Assembly: GCA_964652995.1 (NCBI GenBank)
Contig: CAZZCR010000004.1
Span: 85,954-149,953, forward strand
Length of the DNA: 64,000 nt
DNA from: an uncultured Flavipsychrobacter sp.
GTDB taxonomy: Bacteria > Bacteroidota > Bacteroidia > Chitinophagales > Chitinophagaceae
Direction: 5' to 3'
Part shown: positions 19,198 through 28,942 of the stretch, one piece after another
Position numbering within the stretch: the stretch's first letter is position 1
Layout of the letters: the number at the start of each line of letters is the position of its first letter
Notes under the pieces: generated by a model
Database searches by the model: none
What the model saw: the letters and a program-made list of their open reading frames with translations, nothing else
What the model was told of the DNA's origin: nothing
Made by a program: the position numbers and the translations under genes

Positions 19198-20196
19198 ATG
19201 AATAAATTCCTGCGCTTTACCATAATGCTTGTGCTTATCACAGCCGCCGGTGTACTGATACTTGCTTTTCTTGAACCACATGATGTAACGGTAACCCGTT
19301 CGGTGACCATAAGATCGAACAGGGAAACAACGTTTGCACAAATAAAGAATCTTACCAACTGGCAACACTGGAGTACCCTGCTTGAGAACGACACATCGTT
19401 GAAAATAACCTACACCGGAAATGCGGGTGAAGCAGGCAGTACGTTGGAATGGAAAGGGGACCATGGAATAACTGGTGAAGGCATTATTAAAAATACGGGG
19501 ATTGAAAAGACCAAAATGAATTACTCTTTTTCGGTTACGAAGCCCGGCACAATGGAAGCTGACGGTGTGTTTTCAGTAACAGACACCGGCGAAATGGTGA
19601 AGGTAACATGGACGTTTCATAAGCATTTTCCGTTCCCGGCAAACGCAGCGCTTATAGTTTTTGACCTGGACAGATACATGGGGGGCGACATGATGCACAG
19701 TCTGACGAAGCTGAAGGAATATGTTGAAAGAGATGCAGAACCGGCCGTTGAGATAGAAGAGGTGCAATATCCTGGCGGCATACTCGCGGGTATACGAGAT
19801 ACACTTACATGGGATGATATGGAAACCTTCTTTGGTGATACCTACAGCCTTTTTGTAAAAACACCTTCAAGCAAGCTAAAGGGTTCGCCCATAGGGATGT
19901 TCTATGATTGGGATACGATAAGAAGGAAGGCTGACGTATTTGCGGGATATCCTGTTACCGAAACCGACATACCCGTGAATGGGATAATATTTTCCGAGTT
20001 GCCACAAACCAGGGCATTTAAAGCAGTGCACAAGGGGAGCTATGAAAGCGCCAAAAAGATCCACAAATTATTGGATGAACATGTGGCAAAAAAGGGACTC
20101 AGCAGATGGTTAACAATAGAAGAATATGTAGTTTACCCCGGCAACGAACGTGACGCCAGTAAATGGCAGACAAATATCTACGTGCTGGTACAATAA
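19198..20196 (+). CDS. membrane-anchored SRPBCC-like plus GyrI-like (small-molecule-binding) two-domain protein
   Basis: N-terminal TM anchor, a polyketide-cyclase/SRPBCC-like first half, and a GyrI/AraC-effector-binding-like second half (…FKAVHKGSYESAKKIHKLLDEHV…EEYVVYPGNE). Confidence 0.6.
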   Translation: MNKFLRFTIMLVLITAAGVLILAFLEPHDVTVTRSVTIRSNRETTFAQIKNLTNWQHWSTLLENDTSLKITYTGNAGEAGSTLEWKGDHGITGEGIIKNTGIEKTKMNYSFSVTKPGTMEADGVFSVTDTGEMVKVTWTFHKHFPFPANAALIVFDLDRYMGGDMMHSLTKLKEYVERDAEPAVEIEEVQYPGGILAGIRDTLTWDDMETFFGDTYSLFVKTPSSKLKGSPIGMFYDWDTIRRKADVFAGYPVTETDIPVNGIIFSELPQTRAFKAVHKGSYESAKKIHKLLDEHVAKKGLSRWLTIEEYVVYPGNERDASKWQTNIYVLVQ

Positions 20197-20235
20197 AAAA
20201 ATGTGGGGAGGCAAATTGCCTCCCCACATTTTTTA
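20195..20235. terminator. bidirectional rho-independent terminator between convergent genes
   Basis: Stem atgtggggaggc / gcctccccacat, flanked by an A-run upstream and a T-run downstream. Confidence 0.65.
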
Positions 20236-20298
20236 TAAGACATAGTCAGTAATTAAATTACGATCACACAACCGGAATCTCTGTGACAATCAACACTA

Positions 20299-21405
20299 CT
20301 AAGGAGTTTCCTTTGGATAGTCGAGGTAACTCCACTTGTTCACTACCACTCCATCTTTCAGGAGCATGAGCCCGGGATTGGTACGCATGACTGTTTTGTT
20401 GACAGTACCATCTATTGTGAAGAACGGAATATCTTTCATATTCCAAGCCTCCTGGTATACTTTGCATATATCGCGACCGGCTGAACAGGCCACGTAGAAA
20501 GGTATACCCTTTGCCTTTGCCTTGTCCATCAACGCACGAAGCACATCCAAATTATCTTTACGAGCGACATCCGGTTGACGAAGGAACCAAATATACACAT
20601 AACCTTTGGCGGTAAGTATTGCCTGCGTTTGATCGACATTGTCTGAATCGGTAAGGGCAAAATCGTGTATCTCGGAAAGACCTGTTGCCGGTGCTATTTC
20701 AACAGACTTGCTTGAAACGAATTTCCAGCTTGGATCCTTCCAGGGATAATTCTCTGAGTTAAATTCCTGTTTTACACCGTTCTTTTCATACACGAAGGTG
20801 GTTGCGAATACCGCTTCTTTCGCATCAGGAGCCGGCTGCATTTTTTCCCAAATATTGTTTCCAACTTTGTATGGAAGACAATCGTGATAAGGAAGATGAT
20901 GAAGCACCCACCACTGAGCACCGAAAACAAAAACTGCACCCAGTGCCACGATTGTGGCATTGATAGCTCCTTTATTAAAGATAGGGAACACCCTGTAACG
21001 GAATATAAACAAGATGAGGACGGCAGCTGTTAACGCGACATCTTTATAGAACGTAGCGGTATTCGATATTTTGATACAATCGCCGAAACAACCGCACTCC
21101 TTGATCTTGCCTGAATACAAGGCGTAACCCGTGAGGAACGTGAAGAAGATGTTGAGCAACAATAACAACGTTACATATAACCGGAAATAGTTTCCGACAA
21201 TCATGGCAAGGCCGGAAATAACTTCGAATCCGATCATCAGTATTGAGAGACCCAAGCTATAGTCGATCATAAAGGTCATGCCCCATACTTCAAAAAACTC
21301 ATTCATCTTGTAGGTAAGTCCGAGCGGATCGTTCGCTTTAACAAGACCGGAGAAAATGAACAGCAGGCCAACAGCCACCCGTAAAATCCAGAGAATAATC
21401 TTCAT
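20299..21405 (-). CDS. DoxX/MauE-type membrane domain fused to a thioredoxin-fold-like extracytoplasmic domain
   Basis: N-terminal 4-5 TM helices with an ECGCFGDC motif (MauE/DoxX-like). The C-terminal ~180 aa is soluble. Confidence 0.6.
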   Translation of the reverse strand: MKIILWILRVAVGLLFIFSGLVKANDPLGLTYKMNEFFEVWGMTFMIDYSLGLSILMIGFEVISGLAMIVGNYFRLYVTLLLLLNIFFTFLTGYALYSGKIKECGCFGDCIKISNTATFYKDVALTAAVLILFIFRYRVFPIFNKGAINATIVALGAVFVFGAQWWVLHHLPYHDCLPYKVGNNIWEKMQPAPDAKEAVFATTFVYEKNGVKQEFNSENYPWKDPSWKFVSSKSVEIAPATGLSEIHDFALTDSDNVDQTQAILTAKGYVYIWFLRQPDVARKDNLDVLRALMDKAKAKGIPFYVACSAGRDICKVYQEAWNMKDIPFFTIDGTVNKTVMRTNPGLMLLKDGVVVNKWSYLDYPKETP

Positions 21406-21594
21406 GTTGTGTTGTTAATGATTGAATAGGTAAAACAAATTATTTTTTTAAATAAAGTGCAATAATAACTAATTTTTTAACTTAAAGAAAACTTGAGCTT
21501 GTCATTTCCTTTTCATATTCTTGTCAAACATACAGCATAGGGTCTAATTGACAAAAATGTTGATACACACAATTACCACACTAAAGTAAAAATT

Positions 21595-22419
21595 TTGAAA
21601 AAAATAACATTCCATAATAAGACATTAGATCTGGCAACTCCCGTTGTAATGGGCATACTGAACGCTACGCCAAACAGTTTCTACAATAAAGGGAAGATGT
21701 CGGACACGGACAGTCTGTTAGCACTGGCAGAACGAATGCTAAAAGACGGAGCAGAAATCCTGGACATCGGCGGCGCCAGCAGCAAACCCGGAGAACCCCT
21801 AATTGACCCGGAGACTGAAAAAAGCAGGATCCTCCCTGTAATCGAAGCAGTACGAAAGCAATTCCCAGAAACATGGATATCAGTTGACACCTATAACTCA
21901 CCAGTAGCAAAAGCAGCAATTGAAGCAGGGGCTGATATAATTAACGATATCAGTGCCGGCATAATAGACGATGAAATGCTGAGCGTAGTTGCAGCCCTGA
22001 ACGCACCCTACATAGCAATGCACATTCAAGGCACACCCGAAAACATGCAAATATCGCCGGCATATGAGAATGTGGTTGCGGAGGTGCTGCGACAACTGCG
22101 CCATGCGATACAGCGATGCGAATTGGCAGGTATCAACCAGATAATTATTGATCCCGGCTTTGGTTTCGGGAAAACAGTAGCCCACAATTTTGAACTATTG
22201 AGCATGCTGGGAACCTTCAAACTTACAGGCAAACCGATCCTTGCAGGCCTTTCAAGGAAGTCAATGATATGTAAGCCGCTGAAAATATCTCCTGAAAACG
22301 CATTGAACGGAACTACCGCACTCAATATGGCTGCGCTAATGAACGGCGCTGACATACTGAGGGTACACGATGTGAAAGAGGCGGTAGAAACCGTACTGCT
22401 ATATCAATTATTGAATTAA
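21595..22419 (+). CDS. folP: dihydropteroate synthase
   Basis: VMGILNATPNSFYNKG, DIGGASSKPG and the C-terminal ILRVHDV motif. Starts with TTG. Confidence 0.9.
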   Translation: MKKITFHNKTLDLATPVVMGILNATPNSFYNKGKMSDTDSLLALAERMLKDGAEILDIGGASSKPGEPLIDPETEKSRILPVIEAVRKQFPETWISVDTYNSPVAKAAIEAGADIINDISAGIIDDEMLSVVAALNAPYIAMHIQGTPENMQISPAYENVVAEVLRQLRHAIQRCELAGINQIIIDPGFGFGKTVAHNFELLSMLGTFKLTGKPILAGLSRKSMICKPLKISPENALNGTTALNMAALMNGADILRVHDVKEAVETVLLYQLLN

Positions 22420-22427
22420 CGGGTTGG

Positions 22428-23684
22428 TCATGCGCCGGCCTTCTCCGTCCAGATGCCGCACAAATGAACCAGTGTTTCCACCGCTTTTTCCATATCCTGT
22501 ACGCTCACGTATTCCTGACGGGAATGAATACCCATCTCACCGGTGAAGATGTTCGGGCACGGAAGCCCCATGAACGAAAGACGTGACCCATCGGTACCGC
22601 CTCTTATGCTCATACGCTGAACGTCTATGCCGGCACGTCTCATTGCCTCTTCGGCATAGTCCATGACATGAGGACAACCATCCAGGATCTCTTTCATGTT
22701 GCGGTATTGCTCTTTTACAACGAAATTCATTGTCGAGCCCGGGAATTCAGAAATGGCGAGTTGAGCCAATTCTCTCAAACGGGCTTCGTGGTCTGCAAGT
22801 CTGGCGGTATCAAAGTCACGAACAATAAACTGTACCGTCGCTTTCTCAAGCCCACCATCAATAGCTACCGGATGAACAAAACCCTCCATTCCCTCTGTGA
22901 CCTCAGGGCACCACTGATCGCGAGGCAACATATCAACAAAAGCTGATGCAACCTTAATGGCATGAACCATTTTACCTTTTGCGTATCCGGGATGAGCGCT
23001 AACGCCGTAGAATGTTACGGTTGCAGAGTCGGCAGAGAATGTCTCCCCTTCCAGATGACCACGCTCACCACCATCAAGTGTGTATCCAAAATGGGCACCC
23101 AACTTCTGCATGTCCACCGCGGCTACTCCCCTACCCACTTCTTCATCGGGGGTGAATAATATCCTGATCTTTCCATGCTCAACTTCAGGATGGGTGATGA
23201 GATATGCGGCGAGGTCCATAATGATGGCAACGCCGGCCTTATCGTCGGCGCCGAGCAGTGTTGTACCGGAAGCGGTTATAATGTCGTCACCAATGCGCTG
23301 GAGAAGATATGGATGGTCCTTTGTGGACAAAACCAGTGTAGCGTCATCGGGGTAAGAGATATCAGAACCGTCGTAAGCCGAGTGCAACCTTGGCTTTACA
23401 CCTGTTCCGCTACAATCAGGTGCGGTATCCACGTGAGAACAAAAACAAAGAACTGGCACATCCTTAGTTGTCGTGGCAGGAATAGTTGCATAAACGTAGC
23501 CATGCTCATCGAGCTCAGCATCCACCACACCTATCGCATGCAACTCTTCTACCAGTATGCGACTGAGGTCTTTCTGCTTGTCAGTTGACGGCTGCGATGG
23601 CGATGTAGGATCGCTTTGTGTATCTACCTGTACATATCGCATGAATCTGCCTGCTACTGAATGCTCGTAATTATGAAGTGCCAT
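22428..23684 (-). CDS. pepT: peptidase T (M20B tripeptidase)
   Basis: RFMRYVQVDTQSD… N-terminus, HVDTAPD metal-binding motif, and ~418 aa from the ATG at 23684. The track start at 23750 overlaps the divergent neighbour. Confidence 0.9.
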   Translation of the reverse strand: MALHNYEHSVAGRFMRYVQVDTQSDPTSPSQPSTDKQKDLSRILVEELHAIGVVDAELDEHGYVYATIPATTTKDVPVLCFCSHVDTAPDCSGTGVKPRLHSAYDGSDISYPDDATLVLSTKDHPYLLQRIGDDIITASGTTLLGADDKAGVAIIMDLAAYLITHPEVEHGKIRILFTPDEEVGRGVAAVDMQKLGAHFGYTLDGGERGHLEGETFSADSATVTFYGVSAHPGYAKGKMVHAIKVASAFVDMLPRDQWCPEVTEGMEGFVHPVAIDGGLEKATVQFIVRDFDTARLADHEARLRELAQLAISEFPGSTMNFVVKEQYRNMKEILDGCPHVMDYAEEAMRRAGIDVQRMSIRGGTDGSRLSFMGLPCPNIFTGEMGIHSRQEYVSVQDMEKAVETLVHLCGIWTEKAGA

Positions 23685-23727
23685 TGTTCTATTTTTGTCG
23701 CCCAAAAGTAAGTATCTTGTAGTTTGT

Positions 23728-24321
23728 ATGGAAGGATTTGTATTGAGCAAGGTGGATATTTCTCAGATAGTGACGGTAAGCTTCACGTTGTTTGCCGTTA
23801 TAGACATGCTCGGTTCAATCCCCATCATCATCAGTATCAAGAAAAAAGCCGGCGACATTAACGCCATGCAAGCAACCCTGGTTTCCGGAGGACTAATGTT
23901 GCTATTCTTTCTTGTTGGCGAGCAGATGCTGCAATTCATGGGGTTAGATATCAGATCCTTTGCCATTGCGGGCTCAATTGTGATCTTTATCTTGGGACTG
24001 GAAATGGTATTGGGATTAGAGTTTTTCAAACCTGAGCAGGATGCAAAAGCGAGCACAGTAGTGCCGATCGCATTTCCGCTTATTGCAGGATCAGGCACTT
24101 TGACTACCGTAATGTCGTTAAAAGCGGCCTACAATTCATACAATATCCTGATCGCCATCTTCATCAATCTCATAATTATCTATGTCACGCTTCGCTCAGT
24201 TAACTTATTGGAGCGACTTCTCGGACCATCGGGAATATTAGTGGTGCGTAAATTCTTTGGAGTGATCCTGCTTGCAATCGCAGTAAAGATATTTATGTCA
24301 AATACCGGACTAATGAAATAA
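23728..24321 (+). CDS. MarC-family (UPF0056) integral membrane protein
   Basis: Six TM helices. Family-typical motifs FAVIDMLGSIPI and PIAFPLIAGSGT. Confidence 0.8.
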   Translation: MEGFVLSKVDISQIVTVSFTLFAVIDMLGSIPIIISIKKKAGDINAMQATLVSGGLMLLFFLVGEQMLQFMGLDIRSFAIAGSIVIFILGLEMVLGLEFFKPEQDAKASTVVPIAFPLIAGSGTLTTVMSLKAAYNSYNILIAIFINLIIIYVTLRSVNLLERLLGPSGILVVRKFFGVILLAIAVKIFMSNTGLMK

Positions 24322-24371
24322 CCCGGCGCACGGCACCAACAAAAGAGAAATGCCAGCCACCCGCAACCGAA

Positions 24372-24752
24372 TCAGTTGTTAAACCTTTTGAAGAAGAATA
24401 ATAAATAAAAACTGAAGATGCCGTCTATGAGGAATATGCCACTCATATACACATCGCGGAGGTAAACGTTCTTTACTGCGAGAAAAATGATGGCATTTGT
24501 CAGAGTCAAACCCATGTATGTAAGGGCTCCCCACTTTCTGAGATCACAGGCCGCTATCCATGAAACGGCGTAACCGGCCATCCACAACAATTGTATCCAT
24601 TCAATGCCGAAGGGGAGCCGAGCGCACTGCACTACAGTCCATAGCAGCCATAACAAGTGAGCAATGCCAACATAGGGCATGATCATAGGCGGCTTGCGCG
24701 CTACATCTGCAACAAAAGTCTTGAGATCTCTCATAAAATATATCACGGTCAC
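24372..24752 (-). CDS. hypothetical 4-TM membrane protein
   Basis: 126-aa hydrophobic ORF. No family recognised. Confidence 0.45.
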   Translation of the reverse strand: MTVIYFMRDLKTFVADVARKPPMIMPYVGIAHLLWLLWTVVQCARLPFGIEWIQLLWMAGYAVSWIAACDLRKWGALTYMGLTLTNAIIFLAVKNVYLRDVYMSGIFLIDGIFSFYLLFFFKRFNN

Positions 24753-24795
24753 TTGCCACGTTACAATGTTAGCATGCGACCGTGAAAATTGTAAG

Positions 24796-26163
24796 CTAGC
24801 CTTTTGAGAAGGCGTTAAGAATGTCGTATTTGGTCAGAATAGAATATTGACCGCTGTCGTCTCGGGTGAGAACTGCACCATTGTCTTTGTTGATGTAGCT
24901 GGTAAGCCTTTCAAGTGGTGTATCGCGACCAACAACAGGCAGTGGTTTGTCCATTACATCTGCCACTAGCATATCTCTTACATCGGCCTGCTCGATGAGC
25001 TTTTTGAATAGACTACCCTGAGAGATACTGCCTGTCATTTCAACACCCTGCATCACAGGAACGTGCTCAATGTCGTATTTCTTCATCAGATCCAACGCGT
25101 CCATGACCTTTGCACCCTGATCGATAGTAACCAATCTGCGACGTCCTAATCCATTCATCAGGTTGCCAACAGTGTCTACCTCAAGGAAGCCACGATCCAG
25201 CATCCATTCGTCGTTGTACACTTTAGCTACATAGCGGCTACCGTGGTCGTGGAATATCACAACAACAACATCGTCTTTTTTCAGTTTATCCTTCATCTGA
25301 CGAAGTCCGGCGATAACAGAACCGGCAGAGTACCCAACGAAAATCCCTTCTTCGCGTGTGATACGGCGTGCCATCACAGCGCCATCCTTGTCTGTTACTT
25401 TCTCGAAATGGTCTATTGCGTTACGGTCGTAGTTCTCAGGGAGGAAATCCTCACCAAAACCCTCTGATATGTATGGGTGAACTTCGCCCATATCTAATTC
25501 ACCTGTATCGAACCATTTCTTTAGCAAGCTACCGTATGTATCTATAGCCCAAACCTGTACGTTTGGATTCTTCTCTTTGAGGAACTTTCCTGTACCAACC
25601 ACAGTACCGCCGGTACCCGACGCCACTACCAGGTGCGTTACTTTACCTTCAGTCTGCTCCCATATCTCAGGACCTGTCTGTTCGTAATGCGCGAGCCTGT
25701 TGGCAAGATTATCGTACTGATTCACGTACCAGCTATTTGGGATCTCCGTCTGCAAACGACGGGCCACCTGATAATAACTGCGTGGGTCTTCCGGGTCAAC
25801 ATTTGTAGGGCATACGATCACCTCAGCGCCATGAGCTTTCAGAATATCTACCTTTTCTTTGCTCTGCTTGTCGGTTGTTGCAAATATGCACTTATAGCCC
25901 TTTATGATAGCAGCAAGTGCCAGACCCATTCCCGTGTTACCACTTGTGCCTTCAATGATGGTGCCGCCGGGTTTGATCTTACCTTCTTTTTCAGCCACCT
26001 CCAACATTTTCAGTGCCATGCGGTCTTTGATACTATTGCCAGGATTGAAAGTCTCCACTTTGGCATATACTGTGCATGGAAGATCGGCTACCACCCGGTT
26101 CAGTCGAACGAGCGGAGTGTTGCCTATGGTCTGTAAGATATTGTCGTAAACTCTTGCTGGCAT
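24796..26163 (-). CDS. cystathionine beta-synthase-like PLP enzyme with C-terminal CBS pair
   Basis: CysK/CBS-fold N-terminal domain with a PLP-lysine motif (NPGNSIKDR) and a GTSGNTG loop. The C-terminal ~130 aa form tandem CBS domains. Confidence 0.85.
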   Translation of the reverse strand: MPARVYDNILQTIGNTPLVRLNRVVADLPCTVYAKVETFNPGNSIKDRMALKMLEVAEKEGKIKPGGTIIEGTSGNTGMGLALAAIIKGYKCIFATTDKQSKEKVDILKAHGAEVIVCPTNVDPEDPRSYYQVARRLQTEIPNSWYVNQYDNLANRLAHYEQTGPEIWEQTEGKVTHLVVASGTGGTVVGTGKFLKEKNPNVQVWAIDTYGSLLKKWFDTGELDMGEVHPYISEGFGEDFLPENYDRNAIDHFEKVTDKDGAVMARRITREEGIFVGYSAGSVIAGLRQMKDKLKKDDVVVVIFHDHGSRYVAKVYNDEWMLDRGFLEVDTVGNLMNGLGRRRLVTIDQGAKVMDALDLMKKYDIEHVPVMQGVEMTGSISQGSLFKKLIEQADVRDMLVADVMDKPLPVVGRDTPLERLTSYINKDNGAVLTRDDSGQYSILTKYDILNAFSKG

Positions 26164-26326
26164 CTTGTTATTTTTTATTTCGAATGGCGAAGGTAAGAAT
26201 TTGGGCCGGGAAAGTGGAAACGTAACGAATCAGACAGCATTCCGGACCATTTTACCCAAAAATTAAATACAATAAGTTAACTGAATAGAAGGAAATCCTG
26301 CGAAAAGCCATTGGCAAAAATTCCTT

Positions 26327-26334
26327 TATCTTTG
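26327..26334 (+). promoter_or_regulatory. candidate -7 promoter box (TAnnTTTG) for the arginase-family gene
   Basis: TATCTTTG ends 6 nt before the ATG at 26341. This argues against the upstream track start at 26311. Confidence 0.4.
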
Positions 26335-26340
26335 ATTGTC

Positions 26341-27288
26341 ATGCGCAATATCAAAATACTTGAAGTAAGGTCAGAGATAGGAGCCGGTACACGTGGTGCC
26401 AGTCTGGGAGTGGACGCGATCAAGATCGCCGCACTTGACTTTATGAGTAACCTATTCGTGAACTTCCCCTCAGAGATAATTGAAACAGAAAATCGTCTGC
26501 TTTATGAACCTGTAGCGTCACCTTATGCAAAGCGAATACAGGGAATAAACACCATGTATGAGCGTGTGTCGAAAGCGGTGCATGACACTGTAAAATCGGG
26601 TCTGTTCCCGTTGGTACTTGCAGGCGACCACAGTACTGCAGGCGCTACTATTGCAGGTCTAAAAATGGCGAAACCCAAACGTCGTCTGGGCGTGGTTTGG
26701 ATAGATGCACATGCCGACCTCCACTCTCCGTACACTACCCCATCCGGCAATATGCATGGTATGCCTCTGGCAGTGTCTCTTGCTGACGACAATCTGGAAA
26801 GCCAGATGCACACCCCTGACCCACAAACGGTGGAGATGTGGAATAAACTGAAAAACCTGGGAAAAATTGAACCGAAAATTCTCCCTGAAGATATTGTTTT
26901 CATTGCGTTGCGCGACTTCGAAAAAGAAGAAGAAGCCATTATACGCAAAGGAAATATTAAGGTGATACCCGTTGCAGAAATAAGGAGAAAAGGCGTCGAA
27001 AATGTGGTTCGACAAACTTTTTTGCACCTATCCAACTGCGACGACATCTATGTATCGTTTGACGTTGATAGCCTTGACAGCTCCATTTCGCGAGGCACAG
27101 GAACACCTGTAAGCAACGGGCTGAAGGAAAGAGAAGCTGAGGATCTGCTCGCTTCATTCATGCAACACCATAAGATCTGCTGCTTTGAGGTGGCCGAGGT
27201 GAACCCAACACTTGACAAAGAGAATATGATGGCGGAGATCGCGTTCAATATTCTTCAGCGAAGCGTGAACATCCTGCTGCTCAACTAA
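26341..27288 (+). CDS. arginase-family (ureohydrolase) enzyme: arginase or formiminoglutamase
   Basis: Mn-binding motifs LAGDHSTAG, WIDAHADLH and SFDVDSLD. Confidence 0.85.
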   Translation: MRNIKILEVRSEIGAGTRGASLGVDAIKIAALDFMSNLFVNFPSEIIETENRLLYEPVASPYAKRIQGINTMYERVSKAVHDTVKSGLFPLVLAGDHSTAGATIAGLKMAKPKRRLGVVWIDAHADLHSPYTTPSGNMHGMPLAVSLADDNLESQMHTPDPQTVEMWNKLKNLGKIEPKILPEDIVFIALRDFEKEEEAIIRKGNIKVIPVAEIRRKGVENVVRQTFLHLSNCDDIYVSFDVDSLDSSISRGTGTPVSNGLKEREAEDLLASFMQHHKICCFEVAEVNPTLDKENMMAEIAFNILQRSVNILLLN

Positions 27289-27294
27289 CGTCCG

Positions 27295-28068
27295 CTATTT
27301 CTTTAGAAATCTGTTCATTTCGTCTTTCGACTCTTTGAGAGAGAGCTTGGCAATAACGTCTGAGAAAAATTCTTTGTCGGCAGTATTTTTGTATGCCCAT
27401 TTTGCAAAATCGACCTTGGTTGATTCAAAAAGGAAACAATCCATCAGCACGCAAACCTGAATTGTACTAAATGTTGCCCCTGCAAGTTCAGATCGAATTA
27501 GATTGAACTTCTCGGTGTCGGTTTTCTTGTTTGTCACTTTGCTTTTTATTGCCTGGACTTTATCGTCTGTAAGACTACCGGTAGGAACCGGAGAGGCCGC
27601 CGCATCGTTTTGGGGTTTTTCCGCAGGCTTGTCGGCAGTAGCAAGATTGGCTTTTACATCCTGTTCCGATTCAGGATAACCTTCATTGTAACGGCTGTCA
27701 GACTCACCAGGTCCATCACCTCTTGCGGCGTCTCCAAACGGCACCTCGCGTATCCTTGCGGCGCGAATGTAGGGGTCATAGGTCAGGTAAGTAACCATTT
27801 TGTAATCCGTGTTGACCCAGCCAGTGTAGACCAGATTATTGAACGAACGCCCCCACCTATCATAAGTCATTCGGTAGATCTTCACTTTATGGCGCCCCGG
27901 AGGCAAGTCGCCCACGGTTACAGATGTTCCGCGTCGATCGAAGTATCTCCCATTTACCGACACATTAAAGCGTCCGTTATCGGCCAACCTGATCTTCAAT
28001 CGGGACTGTGCGTAAACGTTTCCGATCAGGAAGAACAAGAATGCGGCATAAAAAATAAGATACTTCAT
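27295..28068 (-). CDS. secreted protein, probably with a DUF4476-type C-terminal domain
   Basis: Signal peptide (FLIGNVYAQ). A low-complexity acidic linker, then a C-terminal ~90-aa helical domain (…FESTKVDFAKWAYKNTADKEFF…). The family name is recalled, not verified. Confidence 0.5.
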   Translation of the reverse strand: MKYLIFYAAFLFFLIGNVYAQSRLKIRLADNGRFNVSVNGRYFDRRGTSVTVGDLPPGRHKVKIYRMTYDRWGRSFNNLVYTGWVNTDYKMVTYLTYDPYIRAARIREVPFGDAARGDGPGESDSRYNEGYPESEQDVKANLATADKPAEKPQNDAAASPVPTGSLTDDKVQAIKSKVTNKKTDTEKFNLIRSELAGATFSTIQVCVLMDCFLFESTKVDFAKWAYKNTADKEFFSDVIAKLSLKESKDEMNRFLKK

Positions 28069-28166
28069 AGACGATGGTGTTTTTAAGATTCAAAATTAGA
28101 TGAGAAGTACCAAAATGCGAGCCAAATATTCCTCAACCTATCCTGAAATTCGACTTTATAAAATAT

Positions 28167-28907
28167 TTAACGAGGGAGCATTAGTGCGCAAAGAATGCCC
28201 GCAGACACACCGGCATTGAGCGATTCAGCACCACCTTTTCGCGGGATGGTGACAAGATGCGTAGCCAAGTCAACAACTTCGGATGAGATGCCTCGTGACT
28301 CATTTCCGATTACCAAAACACCCGATGCGGGCCGCCCTACCTCATAAACATCTGACCCGCCCAACACAGCGGCATAAATCGGCAAGTTCAACGACGGCAA
28401 AAAACTTATCAGATCTCGATGATGAATGCGTACCCTCAAATGCCCCCCCATAGCACTCTGTACAACCTTTGGGTTGTACACGTCAACACAACCCGGTGAG
28501 CAGACCAGATCAGTGATCCCGAACCAATCAGCGATCCTTATAATTGTACCCATGTTACCGGGATCCTGAATACCATCGAGGGCTATACACCAAGAAATAT
28601 CATGTCCTATCGCAGGTGACTCCGGAATGACCGCCACAACAAGAACCTCCCCGGGGGTCTGCAATGAAGAAACCGACGCAATTTCAGATTCTGATGCAAC
28701 GATCAGTTCTGCTTCCGGGTGTCGACGAATGTCGTCGCGGTGGTTAGCGATCCAATTTTCTGTGGCAACAATTGTTTTCAACTGCCATGCACTCTGCAGC
28801 CATTCTAAGGCAATTTTATGCCCTTCTGCAACAAATTGCCTGTACTCATTGCGGAATTTCTGCTGTGTTAATGAGCGAATGTGCTTATTTTGCGCTTTAG
28901 AAAGCAT
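28167..28907 (-). CDS. TrmH/SpoU-family RNA 2'-O-methyltransferase
   Basis: SPOUT motifs (ALDGIQDPGNMGTIIRIADWFG…LVIGNESRGIS…IPRKGGAESLNAGVSAGI). Confidence 0.85.
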   Translation of the reverse strand: MLSKAQNKHIRSLTQQKFRNEYRQFVAEGHKIALEWLQSAWQLKTIVATENWIANHRDDIRRHPEAELIVASESEIASVSSLQTPGEVLVVAVIPESPAIGHDISWCIALDGIQDPGNMGTIIRIADWFGITDLVCSPGCVDVYNPKVVQSAMGGHLRVRIHHRDLISFLPSLNLPIYAAVLGGSDVYEVGRPASGVLVIGNESRGISSEVVDLATHLVTIPRKGGAESLNAGVSAGILCALMLPR

Positions 28908-28942
28908 ATTGTGCGAAATTAGTCAATTGTTGCGACCCGTAT

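Noticed and set aside
23685-23750. N-terminal extensions given by the ORF track for pepT (23750), MarC (23695), the arginase-family gene (26311), the S41 protease (57649), YfhO (6975) and the HK (11738).
   Set aside because: The extensions overlap divergent neighbours or contain the predicted TAnnTTTG promoter box. Internal ATGs give N-termini matching the family norm.
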